Origin: the human T2T-CHM13v2.0 reference genome, Homo sapiens
DNA: 64,000 nt
Reading direction: 5' to 3' (one strand)
Assembly: GCF_009914755.1 (NCBI RefSeq)
Contig: NC_060937.1
The notes under the pieces were generated by a model. That model saw nothing but the letters and a program-made list of their open reading frames with translations, did not search any database and had not been told where the DNA came from. Position 1 is the first letter of the stretch. Every line of letters starts with the position of its first letter. Shown piece after piece: positions 14,562 to 30,020 of this stretch. The translations under genes were made by a program, and so were the position numbers.

Positions 14562-15209
14562 CTCTACAGAGGCAAGGCAAAAACTAAGGATGGGATCTGC
14601 CCCCTACTCCTCAGTGAGATTGTATCATGAAACTCAAGTTGAAGCTACCAGCTGTTTCAGGTGGCCAATCTCTTACAATGTCATGGATTTTGTAAACAGA
14701 GGGCCTAGATAGACCTGCCGTCCTCAGAAGGCGACTAGTGGCAAAAAGGAATCAGCAGGGGAACTATGAATAGTTACCACAACCCAACATCTCTGCCCTC
14801 CTACAAAAGAAAAAAACAGCTATCAAAAGAATATCCCAGGAAAGACTTCAGACATTCTCCATACTCGCAAATAAATTAGAGAACTTGAATTCTGAAAAAG
14901 AGCTCAAAGAACTAATGATGAGATAAAGATGAAAACTGATTGTGCAGAAAGTCACATATCAAAGTATATAAGGGATTAAAATAAGGTAGATCTAATAGAG
15001 ATGTTAAATATTGTAATTTTGAAACAATACACCTTGTCAAGAAACTGAGTCGTATGGAAATTGGCTATCAAGCCAAAAGAATCTCAAATTACAAAATTAA
15101 AAATGAATTAAAATGAAATATCTAATTACCTGGAATTTTAAAAAATATTCTCAGATCAAGGGAAAAAATGACAAATATTTAGAAAGTAGCTCTAATAAAA
15201 ATACGTATT

Positions 15210-15415
15210 AAAGGCAGTATATAGCTATACTATATATATGGCTGAGACTGTGGCTTTGCAGCCATACTCTGGGTTTCATCCTCAGTTTTGCTGCTTACCA
15301 GTTGTGTAACCTTGAGCAAGTTGTATAACCTCTCAGAGTCTCAGTTCTGAAGGATTAAGTAAATTTAAAGAAGTACATGGCACAGAGTAAGTGCTCAAAA
15401 AATATTAGCCATTGC
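15210..15415 (+). mobile_element. MIR
   Basis: gttgtgtaaccttgagcaagtt...aacctctcagagtctcagtt...gtaagtgctcaaaaaatattagc. Confidence 0.75.
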
Positions 15416-15424
15416 TAGTATTTT

Positions 15425-15870
15425 CCAAGATGGCCAGTGTGGCTAGAATGGAGTAAAGATGGAAGAGCTTTATATGAAGTCAGGGGCGTGGAAGCACAGA
15501 TGTAGGACCTTGTGGACTATTACAAGGACTGTAAGCAAAAGCCATAGGGCTTTTGAGTGAGATGGGAAGCCACCTGAGGTTTTGAAGAGAGGAGTCATAT
15601 ACTCTGACTTCCATTTTAAAACGATCCTCTGGCTAGTGTGAGGGGGGAGGGCTGAGGCAGACAAGGAAGCGGTTGTGCTAATCTGGGTTATCTGTGACTG
15701 GAATGGCCTTGATGGATGGGATGGTAGTAATGGATGTAGTGAAAAGTGGTTGGGTTCTGGATATATACTAAAGGTACAGCCAACAGAATTTGCTGATATA
15801 TTGGGTATGAACTGTGAGAGAAAGCACCTGGCCCAAGCACTGGAGAGAGGAGTTGCCATTAACTGAGGGA
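15425..15870 (-). mobile_element. L2 fragment
   Basis: ggccagtgtggctagaatggag...gagtgagatgggaagccac...gccaacagaatttgctgat. Confidence 0.75.
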
Positions 15871-17239
15871 TACCTGTTATTACCAGAAAACAAATCTAAA
15901 CCGTAATAGGAGAATAAATAGTCTTCCCTAAATACGGTTGGACTCTGAATTCTCCAAGAAGTTATGAGCTGTACTTAACTCATAGCTGACCTCTGTGGGA
16001 ATCAGCCTGCGCCTAGATCTCAGTGGGACTGGAGCCTAAGCTGGCTCCTGGGGATCTCTGTTCACCTTGTTCATGGGACGATAGCCCCCAGCCTACAGGA
16101 ACCTTCAGATGATTGGACAGTGGACAGTCACGCATATCTGGCAGATGGTGCAGGAAGAAACCGCAAGGTGACACTTCTCCACTAGTAGGAGTATGGGATG
16201 AGAACTCCCTCTTGTGAGATCACCATTCAAGTTGGAGAATACTGAACCTTGATTCTGGGGATCAGCTGGCTTCAAGCTTTCAGAGGGGCTAGGAGCTGTC
16301 CTTGGTGAATATGGAGAGGAACAAACTGAGTAAAGGCAAATGTCAGAGGAAAGAATTTGTCAAATGAAATTATGTTCATTGTGTAATCTCACCTTATTAC
16401 TACCTCATTCAAACTGATATATTTGATGTGATTGGATTTGTTTGGGCATATTGGTGGAGAAACTAGATTCCCTGTACTTATTGACACAAGGCAGAATTGG
16501 AGCCACAGAGACACTGACGTTAGTGTTTTTGGTATTTAGTGACTTGTGAAATCACAGGTGACTTCTGATAGTGCAGACTTAGGGCACTATTGGGGTGGGG
16601 GAAAAGAAGGCAGAAGCCAGACTGCAGTGGGGTGAGCAAATGTGAGTTCAGGAAGTGGAGATAGTGGAGGCTGATTTGGAGAAGTCTGGATGAGGAGGAA
16701 CAAGGAGATGCCTTTTTTTTTTTTTTTAAGGATAAACTATACTTGAACATTTTTTCCCATTAAACATACATGTATTGGGGTACCTGCCCACAGCCTTTTT
16801 AATCTGCTGTGGCACATTGCCTCTACTGAGTTGCATGATCTTGTCTTCCCTCTGATCCTACCTCACAGAGAAGAGTAGCCCGTTCACAATGACCTATGTA
16901 TTGTGTGACCTGTTTGTATTTTCCTGTAGGAATTTGAATTAAAAGACACAGACAAGTTTCCAGTGAGTCATGGAGAGTAAATAAAAAATCCACGGGCTAC
17001 TCTGGGCCATATGTGAGAGGAATTTAAGGGAAAGCCTGCTGCAGGACAAAGGTGGGTGAGCAGATGTGTGGAAAGAAGAAGAGAAGTCCCTAGAGATTAC
17101 GTGAGAAAGAGGTGGCCTCGATCTGAATCCACCCCTGCACCTTCTGAGCACTGTGGCCTTGCAGTAACCACCTCCCCACTTCCTGTTATTCAAACTGGTT
17201 TGAAGGGATTTCACTTTCTCCCAGATGAAAGGACCCTGA

Positions 17240-17640
<401 letters not shown>

Positions 17641-17869
17641 TCCACCAAGCTATTGTTCTCCCGCTCACAGCTGTCTACTACACAATGAAGTATAAAATCA
17701 ACAAGCCTTTCACAGCCTGCCAGAATATGGCTTCATCCTACTTTCCAAACTTTTTCATGGTATTTTCTGTTAACTTTACTTCTGCCAGACTGACTGTACC
17801 TGTCGTTCAACACACTGTATATCTACACCCTTAGTCCTGGCTTACATCATTCTGCTTGTCAGTGATCTA

Positions 17870-18034
17870 GACCCTTTGTATTCAAAGTGTGGGTCAAGCA
17901 GCAGGATGGGCATCACCTGGGAGCTTGTTAAGAATGCAGAATCTCACAGCCCACCCCAGACCTCCTGAGAATCTGCTTTTCAGTAAGATCCCTGGATAAT
18001 TGAAATTCACCTTAAAACTTGAGAAGCATTGGTC
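17870..18034. mobile_element. MER5A (hAT-Charlie MITE)
   Basis: tcaaagtgtgg...gcatcacctgggagcttgttaagaatgcagaatctc...ccccaccccagacct...ttgagaagcattg. Confidence 0.8.
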
Positions 18035-18169
18035 TCTGCTGCCTGTGCAAATATCCCTTCTGCTTTAAGTCCTAGCCTAGGGGTTGTTTGTCCCATTATA
18101 TTTTTTTCTGACCATATAGTGATAGTGGTTCGCTTCAACCGGAATTCCTATAGCACCATGAGAAACGAA

Positions 18170-18385
18170 TAGTAATAGTTTAATTGAGTACTTGCTGTGA
18201 ACTGATCACTAGAGTAAGCATTTTATATGTGTCGCTTAATTACTCTTTACAACAATCCTATGAGGTATGTTTATCACCATTTTACGGATAAAGGAACCAA
18301 GACTTGGAGAGTAACTTGCCATGTTCACATGGCTTGTGTCAGAGCCAGAATTTGGATTTAGATCTTTCTGATTCTTGAGCCCACA
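18170..18385 (-). mobile_element. MIR
   Basis: acaacaatcctatgaggta...cattttacggataaaggaac...gtaacttgcc. Confidence 0.75.
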
Positions 18386-18789
18386 AAGCATACATATCTT
18401 TATAGTAACAAGACTGAGAAAACCAGTCACACTAGAGCATATGACTCTAAATGAATACCTCAGAGTATTAACTGTAATGACTTGTCATTATCATCTTGCT
18501 AACTTACAGCTATGAAATTATCTGTAGAGGAAATTAACAATCCATTAAAGAAACTCTGATTACTTTATGGCCAACCCATGCATAGCCTATGCCACTTCTT
18601 AGTTTTAGTGTTTTCACCATTTTGAGGTGGAGCATCATACAACTTGTCACCTATGCTTCTATAAAACAGAGACTTTTAAACATTTAAAGAATACTATATA
18701 AAACTGCCACAGTGCTTTGTACATAGTAAACATGTAACAAATATGTACTGAATTCGTTTGATTCTCACAATTAATTGTGTCATAATCAT

Positions 18790-20140
18790 CCCTGATTCAA
18801 TCTCTAATAACATATCCAAAACTGAATTCCTGGGCTTTCCACCCGTGCCCACCTCCAAACCCGGTCCAACCTCAGCTTTCCCCATCTCCATCTGTAGCAA
18901 TTTCATTATTTTAGTTATTCATGCGCAAGCCATGAAGTCGATTCCATTTCCCTCACACATCCTTTCTAATCTGTCAGGAAATCCTGTTGACTCTTCTTGC
19001 AAAATATATCCAGGATCTAACCACCTCCACTGCTACTTCCATCCAAGCCACTATTATATCTTACCTGGTTTATCAGTTTGCTAGGGCCACCATAAAAACT
19101 ACTACAAACTGGATATCTTAACAGAAATTTATTAGCTCACAATTCTGGAGGCCGGAAATTCTGGAGACCAAAATTAAGGTGCTGGTAGCGTTGGTTCCTT
19201 CTGAGGGCAGGATTTATTCCAGGTTTCTCTCTGGCTTGTAGATAGCTATCTCCTCCATGCGTCTGTTTATATCATCTTATGTATGTATCTGTGTTCAAAT
19301 TTCCCCGTTTTATAAGGACACCAGTCATATTGGATTAAGGCCCACCCTAATGACCTCGTCTTAAAACCTCTGTAAAGACTAACTCCAAATAAGTCACATT
19401 CTGAGGTAGTGGGGGTTAAAACTTCAATATATGAATTTGAGTGGGTAGGGGCACATTCAACCCATAACATCAGGATTGTTGCAGAAGCTTCTTACCTGGT
19501 TTGTCTACTTCTTCTCTTGTCTCCCAGAGCCCTTTCTCCACACAGCAGCCAGAGTTACCCTTTTAAAATGGAATTCAGGTCCTATGTCTCTTTTGCTTAA
19601 AATTCCCCAATGCATCAACATTGGAATGAAAGCCAAGGTCCTTACAGTGGTCTCACAGGCCGTATGACCTGGTCGCCGTCACATCTCTGACTTTATCGCC
19701 TCCTACTCTCCCCTCACAGGCTGTGCTTCAGCCCCCAGGCTTCCTTGCTGCCCCTCTAACGTACAAGGCAAGTTTCCTTCCTTGTCATAGTGCTTGTATG
19801 TAGTATTTCCTCTTCCTGGAATGTTATTCACCCAGGTGTAGGTGAGTCTTGTTCTCATCTCCATCAAGTCTACTCAGATGTTTCTGACTCAACACGGCCT
19901 TCCTGACTTTCTGATTTAAAATGTCATCCCCTACCCCAGCACTCCTTACTACTGTATTATGCTTTACTTTTCTGCATGGCACTCACCCGCTTCTGGTACA
20001 CACTATAATAGATGTTCACATTTTGCTTATTGTCTGCCCCTCCATTAGAATATGGCTTAGTGGGGTTTGCTCTCTGTTGCAATCCCAGGGTCCAGCACAC
20101 GGTCTACTAGAAGACAGTCAATACATATTCAATACAAATA
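18790..20140 (+). mobile_element. L2 fragment split by an MLT1 LTR
   Basis: Sense L2 motifs on both sides of 19069-19469 (catatccaaaactgaattcctg; ttctccacacagcagccagag; ttcctggaatg). Confidence 0.7.
19069..19469 (-). mobile_element. MLT1C-like MaLR solo LTR
   Basis: tatcagtttgctagggc...cacaattctggaggc...ataaggacaccagtcatattggattaaggcccaccc...attcaacccataaca. Confidence 0.85.
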
Positions 20141-20348
20141 AAAGAATCCTATTTTAGAAATGTTGAAACTGGAGAACACAGCAGTTAGGAATTTTTCCAG
20201 GTTACACAATAAGTTAGTGACAGAGCTTGAAGTAGAACCTTGGAGGCCTCTTGGCCTCATAACCAGACTATAAATATTTTCTTTGCTATAATGACATAAA
20301 TATATATGCTAACTAAAGCTGAAAATACAGTTTTAATTTTCATTTTAA

Positions 20349-20698
<350 letters not shown>

Positions 20699-23639
20699 TA
20701 GATCATTGCATCATCATCTAATTAGTCTAACCCTAACCCACATTGCAAGTATCGTTAACAAGGCCCCCAAATACAAAGCATTTCTCTCTTGACTCAGTGG
20801 CTGCATCTGGACTGTTAAGTCACACCAGTAGTGTTTTATTTTTTATTAAGATAATTATAATTTGTATAAAGTAATATATAAACATGATTGAAAAAATAAA
20901 ACATTATGGAAAGGCCTGTAACGAAGTGTCCCAAACTCTCAAGGATAGTATGTTCTTGAATCCTTACCCCCACCCCGACCCCACCCATGCTTTTCCCTGA
21001 ACCTGGCTCTTGGAGCTTTCTGTCTTTCTGTTCCAGGACCGATGCACAGCTCTCATTCTGTGACCTTCCTTCTCTTGGGTAGATTCTACTGTTTGTTTCC
21101 TACATCTCACGTCTTCCTCTTAGATTATTTCCTTATTTTGCTGGAGGTCATCCTCAAGTACATTCTTAAGAAAGGGTTATGGGAAGTAAATTTTGTGAGT
21201 ACTTGAATGTTTGAAAATAAATTTATTCTACATTCATGCTTGATTGTCATTTGCCTGAGAGCACAGACTCCACCTCTCTAAGTAGTAGTGCCAGTGGCAG
21301 TGGTGTGGCTCCCTGGAGGACTTAGTCGGCCACAGGTGAGTGACCGGAAATAGATGGGCTTGCCTCCTTCAGCTGCGTGTCCCTCCTTCCCTGCCTGGCC
21401 TCTGATTCCTCACTCCCTCTGTCCTGTGTGCTGTCCGTAGCCTTTGGAAATGTTGGCCTTTCTGACCCCTGACTCTTGGCTCCTGTCCCATCCCAGTGGC
21501 AGCCTTCTTCCCTGTGGCTTTCTTTCTTGAACTTCACTGCTACCCTCAGTTCATGCGTCACGGACACTTTAATACACTCGAAGATCGTAGGAAGGAAAAG
21601 TATTGCTTGCAATTACAATAATTGAATAAAAAGGAAAGTACGACAGAAGTAATTAATCCCTCTGCCCTGTAAAGTTGTCTACTGGCAGACAACTTTCCCC
21701 TACTCCTGCTCAAAACAAACAAACAAAAAAACAAAACACCTAAAGTTGGAGAATTCTAATACAAAGAGCAATGAACTTAAATGGAAATGGTTTGCATTTG
21801 AAGACATTTATTTAGTTGGCAGAAGGATTATTTCAAAAAAGGGGCTTCCTCCATAGATGTATGTGTTTAGAGATGAGTGAGTGAGTGGCAGGGCTGTTTA
21901 GAGCTCAAGGACGTGGAGCCACAGCCAGCAGAGGACAAAATGAAAGGCAGGCCACCCAAACATGGCTATGATTGTTCATGGCAAAGTGTGAATGGGTTTG
22001 AGAACTGGTTAGGGAAGATGTAAGTGATCTTCCATATAAGGGAAGATGTAAAGTAGCTGACTGTATGGAGAGGGAGAGAGGATATATTGGAAAAATGCTG
22101 TGCTGTGAGCCCCCCAGTCCCCACCCATAATGTACTGAGTGGCTTGTTCAGCATCCTGTTGCCTGGCCTACCTAGCAAGATCTGAGGGGTCAGGGGAGAG
22201 GAGTGGGGGTGGGGTGGGCATGAAGGTGGAGGGAAAGCAGCCGGTCTGGGCAGTGCCTGGGAAGTGCTACTCTCCCCTCTGCTGGCCTGGCTGGTCTACA
22301 GTCCTGGATCCTGGGCAGTGGATGTAGAATCTGGGTAAGAGGAAGGCCTGGGGTCACTGAAGAGATTTTTGTCCAAGAGGGTGGCCTTCTAGGGTGAGGA
22401 CTGCTCAGAATTGTGGGGGATTCCAAAATTAAGAGGGAATTCTAGAGTGGCTGACTGAAGGAGAGCCACTCTGAAAGGGCATGGGGGGTAGATGGCTCAG
22501 CAGGGGAGAAAAGCCTAAGAGGAAAAGAATCTGCCAGAAGCATCTGCCCAGCTCAGAGAGCTTGCCCACCACCAAGACACAAGTAGGAGCTTTCTTTCCC
22601 CGATCTCTATTCCTTCCTTATTGCACCCTCTGGATTTGCCATGTAGCCTTCAGAAATGGCTTTCAGACATTGTGGATGTGGGTAGGAAGGGAGAAAAACA
22701 GCACATCTTCCCCCCAAAGCAGGCCAACCACCTGCCAGCCTTAGCTTGATAGAGGAGGGCAGAGGGAAGGGAGGTGAGTGAAGTATTCGTTAATATATTG
22801 GACCAAACATTTCAAGTTTGAACTGAAGATGGATGGCTTCAAGTAACCATAGAGTTTTGTGTATCTAGTAGCGGTGAGAAAGGGCATGGGCTTGCTCTCT
22901 TTCCGAGGTTAGGGCAATACCCACCCCCCCACCCCCCGCCCAATGTCTAGGTTATAACCAGAGTGGAAAACAGAAGAAGAAGAAACATGGATTTTGAGTG
23001 CACCTCAGTAATTATGCCACATCAATGTACTGGTAAGAAGAGCTTTGGCAAGATTCTTTTATGGCTACACCTAGAGCCTTGGGCTCCTCCAACCCCACTT
23101 CCCGTGTTTCTCAGGAAAGGCTCAATGAAGCTGGAGAGAAGCAGAGGGAGGGGCCAGCCCAGTGCTCTGCGTGGTGGTGGGTGGGGGCCAAGAGCGTCGA
23201 GGGCAGACTAATAGAGGCCGTGTGGGTTAGAAAGAAAATATTCGTTAGCACTTCTGGAAAATTCTATGATGCATACACTACACAACGCATTATTTTAGAT
23301 TTCATTAAATGACCTATGTTCTAGTTAGAAGCCTGTAGAAAACAATAAAAATTTAGAACAACCTAAATATATAGAACAGGAAGTAGAACTGAGTAAATCA
23401 GAGTTTATTCATATGATGGAACAAGATGCAGTCATTAAAAATTATGTTTTCAAAGATATTTGATAATATGAAAAAGACACCTGATAGGAGATTGCCATTT
23501 CCGTATGACAAAATGGCTGAATATTAGCAATTTCTTATGATTTAATCCAGTAATAAAACTGTTACTACAATACAATACTCCAATTTTGAAGGGAAGAAAC
23601 TACATAGAACTACATACAAATACAACTGAGTGTCTTCTG

Positions 23640-23745
23640 CATGTTAAGTTCGTTATTATTATCTCAAATCCTCAGAAGCCCTGTGGGATGGCTACTATTC
23701 TTATCTCCACTTTACAGATGAGGAAACTGAGTCTCATTGGGTTTT
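23640..23745 (-). mobile_element. MIR
   Basis: tctccactttacagatgaggaaactgag core. Confidence 0.75.
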
Positions 23746-24322
23746 GAGTAGTAAATATGTTAGGCTTATTGCAAGTCCCAAGTTTAGTAGGGAGCAAGGA
23801 GAAAACGACATTTTTTTTTTCCCTTCCCTGTCACTTCAAACCCACTCCCTTCGTTCCCACCAGGGGATGTTACAGGTCCCATGGTTTTCCTGGGTGACCA
23901 CAGACAGGCTTCTTCTCACCTTCATAGCCTGGTTCCCCCGGTGCCTCTAACTCCTGAACACCACTTGAGCTTCCTTCCCTTCCTTCTTCCCCTTCCTTCC
24001 CCCGCTTGACTTGTAGAGAGTGGAACATGGTGTCTGTCCTCTCCCTGCCAGCCTGAGCATGCGAACCCAAGCTTCAAGGTCTCTTAGGTGTCCTGGTAGG
24101 TGCTTTCCATCTTCCATATGGCTCATGGGACACAGAACGCTTGTTCTGCCGTGGACTTTTAGACAAAACTCTGAGACAACTGAAATAGTTGCACCTAACA
24201 CTCTGTTAATTTTGCAAAGGGCCACACAGAAAATGGCAAGGCTAGATCTGAATGTAAGTCTCTCCGGCTCAGTAACCTCATCTGCCTCTCTACAGCAATT
24301 AATTTAAAAGAAAATGGTTTGA

Positions 24323-24634
<312 letters not shown>

Positions 24635-25862
24635 TTATACTTGGCAGAAGGATTTCAAATAGGGAGCTTCCTTCACAGATGTATGTGTTTAAAGGTCAGT
24701 CAATGAGTAGTAGAGCTGTTTTGAGCTCAAGAACATGGAGCCACAGCTAGGAGAAGATTAAATGAAAAAAATTCCCAAAAAAGAAAAGAAAAAGGAAAAT
24801 ACCCCCCACCAAGATCTCAGTCACTTTCCAAATCAAGATCCCCCACACATCTTGCTCAGCTTCTCATCCTCAACTTAGATGGTGCCAGAGATCCCAATCA
24901 AGATCATATCTAGAAGGCAGAAATCTCCAGGAAGAACTCCACCAAGACGAATGCCTGTTCTACCCAGGCCTAGGAGAAATGGCTGTGCAGTGGGAGGATG
25001 AACGCATTCATCAGCATTCTTGTCCAGGAGTAGCTCATCATCCTCTCCTGTCATTTCTGGTCACCACCAAAGAAGTCTTGCAAAAGGACATCTAGTCTCT
25101 AGTTAAGGCAATTAACTAGTGAATTAACCATTGAATTGCACACTAAACGGGTGAATTGTATGGTATATGAATTATACATCAATAAAGCTGTATATATACT
25201 GTGTATGTATGTGTGTGTATGTATATATATATAGTGTGTGTGTATATATATACATACAATAGAAATTCTAAGGAACCAAGCAATAAATCTAAGAAAAATT
25301 GCCAAATAATGGAGAAAATAATATGGTACATTTAAAAACATTTAAAAGGTAAACTAGAAATATGCCATATTAATAGACAGGAAGAATCATATAACAAAAA
25401 CATGTCAGTTGTCCCCAAATTCAAAACAATTTGAATACAAATCTCATTTGTATTTTCGGGAAACTTGATAAACAATTCTAAGATTTAGGTAGAAGAACAA
25501 AGAAAAATGGTTAGCCAAGACAATCTAGAAGTAGAAAAAGATGGGAATGGTTCCTCTATCAAGACTTGGGATGAAACTTAGCTAATTAAGACAATACGTT
25601 GTAGTGCAGGGATAGAAAGTTGACTAATGGAACAAATTAATGAGTCTAGAAATGGACCTGTCAATCTTTGGAAATTTGACTTACGGTGGAGAGGACGATG
25701 CAGATCAGTGGTGGAGAAGGAACTGCTCAGTGAGTGGTGCTGGGGCAATTGTCTCTCCACATAGAAAAATATGAAATTGTATCTCTGTTTCACACCATAT
25801 ATCAATATAAATCCCCAATGGATTAAGGGCTTAAGTGTGAAAATAAATATTTTAAAAGTTAT

Positions 25863-26376
<514 letters not shown>

Positions 26377-28046
26377 ATTTTTAGAAGAAAATGGAGGACA
26401 ATATCTTTATTACCTTGGGATAGATAAGGATTTCTTAACTAAGACATAAAAGAAAATATTAAATTTGACTACATTGATGTTAAAAAATTTCTGTTTATTA
26501 AAGGACATCATAAAAAGAGGGAAGAATCAAGCCCCAATCTGGGATACAACTGCAACACATATAACTGATAAAAGATTAACATCCAGTGTTAGCAAAAACT
26601 CCTGTATAGCAAAGACTAGACAACCCAGTATAAGAATAGGCAAAACACTTGAACAGACATTTCACACAGAGGAAACACAGATGGTAAATAAACACGCTCA
26701 ACCTCATCACTAATCAGGGAAATCTAGATCTCAACTAGAAATCATTTTATACCCAGCAGATTGGAAAAATTAAGAAGTTTGCCAATCTGAGCTTCAGAAA
26801 TGATGGAAATGAAAGAAATTCACAAGCACTAGTGAGAATATAAATTGGTACATTGGAAAACAAATTGACATCATTTTGTAAAGCTGTACATTTGTATATC
26901 CTATGACAGAGCAGTTCGACTTCTAGTATATATTCTAGAGAAACTCTTGTACATGAGCATCATGAAACATAAAAGAATGTTTAATACAACCCTGTTCACG
27001 AAATAGTGAAAATGAGTGAGCATGGATGAATCTTAGTACCAGAATGCTGAGTGAGAAAAGCTAGTTTCAGAAGACTACATAGCTAAAGAGACATTTTTAT
27101 GAAGTTCAACAAGCAAAATGAAACCCTATATTGTTTAGTGATACATATGTTATAAAACTATATATACATAGAAGTGTATATGTATATGACTCTGTATCTG
27201 TATATATAAAAAGGTAAGGAAATGATAAAACCTAACATTCAAGAAAGGTTATACCTGGTGGGATCACAAAGTTGGGATATAAAAGGAGTACATAGGTAGA
27301 AGCAATGGTAGTGCTTCTGTTCTGCTGCTTACATTTCATGGCTTAATAATGGACATTTCATTTATTATTATGCTGTGTGACACATTACATATATTCTTGT
27401 TTATGTATTAAATGCATTAAATAAGATACACATGAAAAATGCTTGCTTTAATTCTGGACTCAGATATAATTGTTCACATGAAGTGGCTTTGGTGGGTAGA
27501 ATGGGGAGGGCAGCCTACAACAGCTCAGTACAATAGGGCCTGAGGCCCTTCCACCGGAAGAAGGAGCCAACTCCTCCACCCCCACATCAAGGCCTAGGAT
27601 TCCAAAAGCAAAGAGGCATTTTGAGTAAGCCTTGCAGTTTTTCTCTCACTTGATCCACTCTTAGCCCACATCTGTGACCTGAAGAGAGAGAGGCGTGTAA
27701 GTAAACAGAAAAAGGTCTGTTATTAAAAACCTCACAAGTCTCTGGGGTAAAAGCTGCCCTGATTTGGAACACCTCTAACTGAATATTGTCTAAAAAGAAA
27801 AGGCAGCCATTTCTCCCTCTTTGCAGAGCTGCGAGTGCTCTGTGAGGTCTCCGAGGTAAAAGTGATGGCCCAGGATGCCCTAACAGGAGGGTGCAGGTCT
27901 GGGGAAGTGGTCCTCATGCCTCTTCCCTGTGACAGTGCCCCTTGGACAATTTAGATGCCAACAGAACTCTGCTGGGTAGAGGCTCAGTGCCCAGGGAGTG
28001 TCATGTGAGACTAGATCCTGTGTACCCACAAGAGCAAGTAAGAGAA

Positions 28047-29820
28047 TGTTAGCCAAAGCAATCTCGAGCAAGAAAAACAAAGCTAGTGGCATCACACTTC
28101 CTGATTTTAAAGCTACACTAATCGAAACAGTGTGATACTGGCATAAAAAACAGACATGTAGACCATTGGAACAGAATAGAGAGCCCTGAAATAAACCCAC
28201 TTATATATGCCCAACTGATCTTTGACAAGGGTGCCGAGAACACACGATGGAGAAAGGACAGTCTCTTCAATAAACGGTGCTAGGAAAACCAGATATTCAC
28301 ATGCAGAAGAATGAAATCGGATCCTTATCTTGCAGCACATAAAAGTATCAACTCAAATGGATTAAAGACTTAAACATAAGACCTGAAACTAAACTACTAG
28401 AAGAAAACGTACGGATAAACATTCTTGATATTGGCCTGGGCAGTGATTTTTTGGATGTGACACCAAAAGCATGGGCAACAATGGCAAAAATAAGCAAGTG
28501 GGACAACATCAAACTAAAAAGCTTCTGCACAGGAAAGAAAATAACCAACAAAACAGAGAGGCAACCTAGGGAATGGGAGAAAATATTTGCAAACCATAGA
28601 TCTGATAAGGGGTTGATATTCAAAATATATAAGAAACTGAAAACAACTCAGTAGCAAAAACAAAAAAACAAACAAAAAACAACCCAACTAAAAAAAAATG
28701 GGTAAAGAGCTGATTAGACATTTATCTAAAGAAGACATACAAATAGCCAACAGGTATACAAAAAGGTCCTCAACATCACTATTCATCAGGGAAATGCAAA
28801 TCAAAACCACAATGAGACGGCACCTTCCACTTGTTAGAATGGCCGTTATCAAAAGGACAAACAATAACAGGTGTTGGTGAGGATGTGCAGCAAAGGGAAT
28901 ACACACTGTTGGTGGGAATGTAAGTTAGCACAGCCACTGTGGAAAACAATATAAAGGTTTCTCAAAAAATCAAAAACAGACCTACCATATAATCCAGCAA
29001 TTCCACTTCTAGACATGTATTCAAAGGAGATGAAATCAGTATCTCAAAGTGATATCTGTACCCCCACTGCAGCACTATCCATAACCGCCAAGATATGGAA
29101 ACAACCTAAGTGTCTGTTGATGGATGAATGGATAAAGAAAATGTGATATATACATATATATTATATATACATATATATACACACACATACATACATATGC
29201 AATCAATACTCTATTGTGTGTATATATATATACACACATATATTATTCATAATATATAAGTATATACTTGTATATTATATATAATATATACACACACACA
29301 CACACAATAGAGTATTAATCAGCCACAAAAGAGAAGGAAATCCTGCCATTTGCAACAACATGGATGAAGCTGGAGGACATTACGTTAAATGAAACAAGCC
29401 AGACCCAGAAAGAAGAATACTGTATGATCTCGCTTATATGTGGAATCTAGGAGGTCAAACTGAGAGAAGCAGAGAGTAGAATGATGGTTGCCAGGGGATG
29501 GATGAGAGAGGAGTAGGAAGACACTGGTCAAAGGGTACAAAGTTTCAGTTATGTGGGATAGATACCTTCTAAACAGCATGGTGACTATGGTTAATAATAC
29601 TGTTATTATATATACTGAAATTTGCTAAGAGAGCAGAGATCAAGTGTTGTCACCACACACACACACGAGTAACTAGGTGAGGTGTGGATATGTTAGCTTG
29701 ATTGTGGCAACCATTTCACAATATATATGTATATCAAAATATCACATTGTACACTTCAAATGTATACACTTTTTATTTGTCAAGTATACCTCAATAAAGC
29801 TGGAGAAAAAAATAATAATA
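28047..29820 (+). mobile_element. L1MA/MB 3' portion (end of ORF2 plus 3' UTR)
   Basis: agccaaagcaatc..., ORF2-like peptides ([12 protein letters not shown]; [11 protein letters not shown]), and a terminal cctcaataaagctgg followed by an A-rich tail. Confidence 0.9.
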
Positions 29821-29969
29821 AAGAGTAAGACCCTTGGAAATGCCTTGAGGTACTTGGTGACAGTCAATCTTCTGACCTCATCTATATCCACAACCCAGGT
29901 TATATTTCTGTTTGAGAGAATAAGGTTGTATTTTTGTTTACTGGATTATAGTGCCAGCATTAGTCTTAA

Positions 29970-29986
29970 CTCTGTCTCCTTCTCTG

Positions 29987-30019
<33 letters not shown>

Positions 30020-30020
30020 G
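29970..30020. repeat. (CT)n microsatellite
   Basis: Direct inspection. Confidence 0.85.

Noticed and set aside
14080-15200. Possible exon or pseudogene, or an old L1/HAL1 5' region
   Set aside because: The A-rich character suggests a decayed LINE 5' region, but I could not match a family or a coherent reading frame, so it is left unannotated.
22444-22472. 9-bp stem hairpin agagtggct...agccactct
   Set aside because: Short enough to arise by chance, with no pre-miRNA or snoRNA features.
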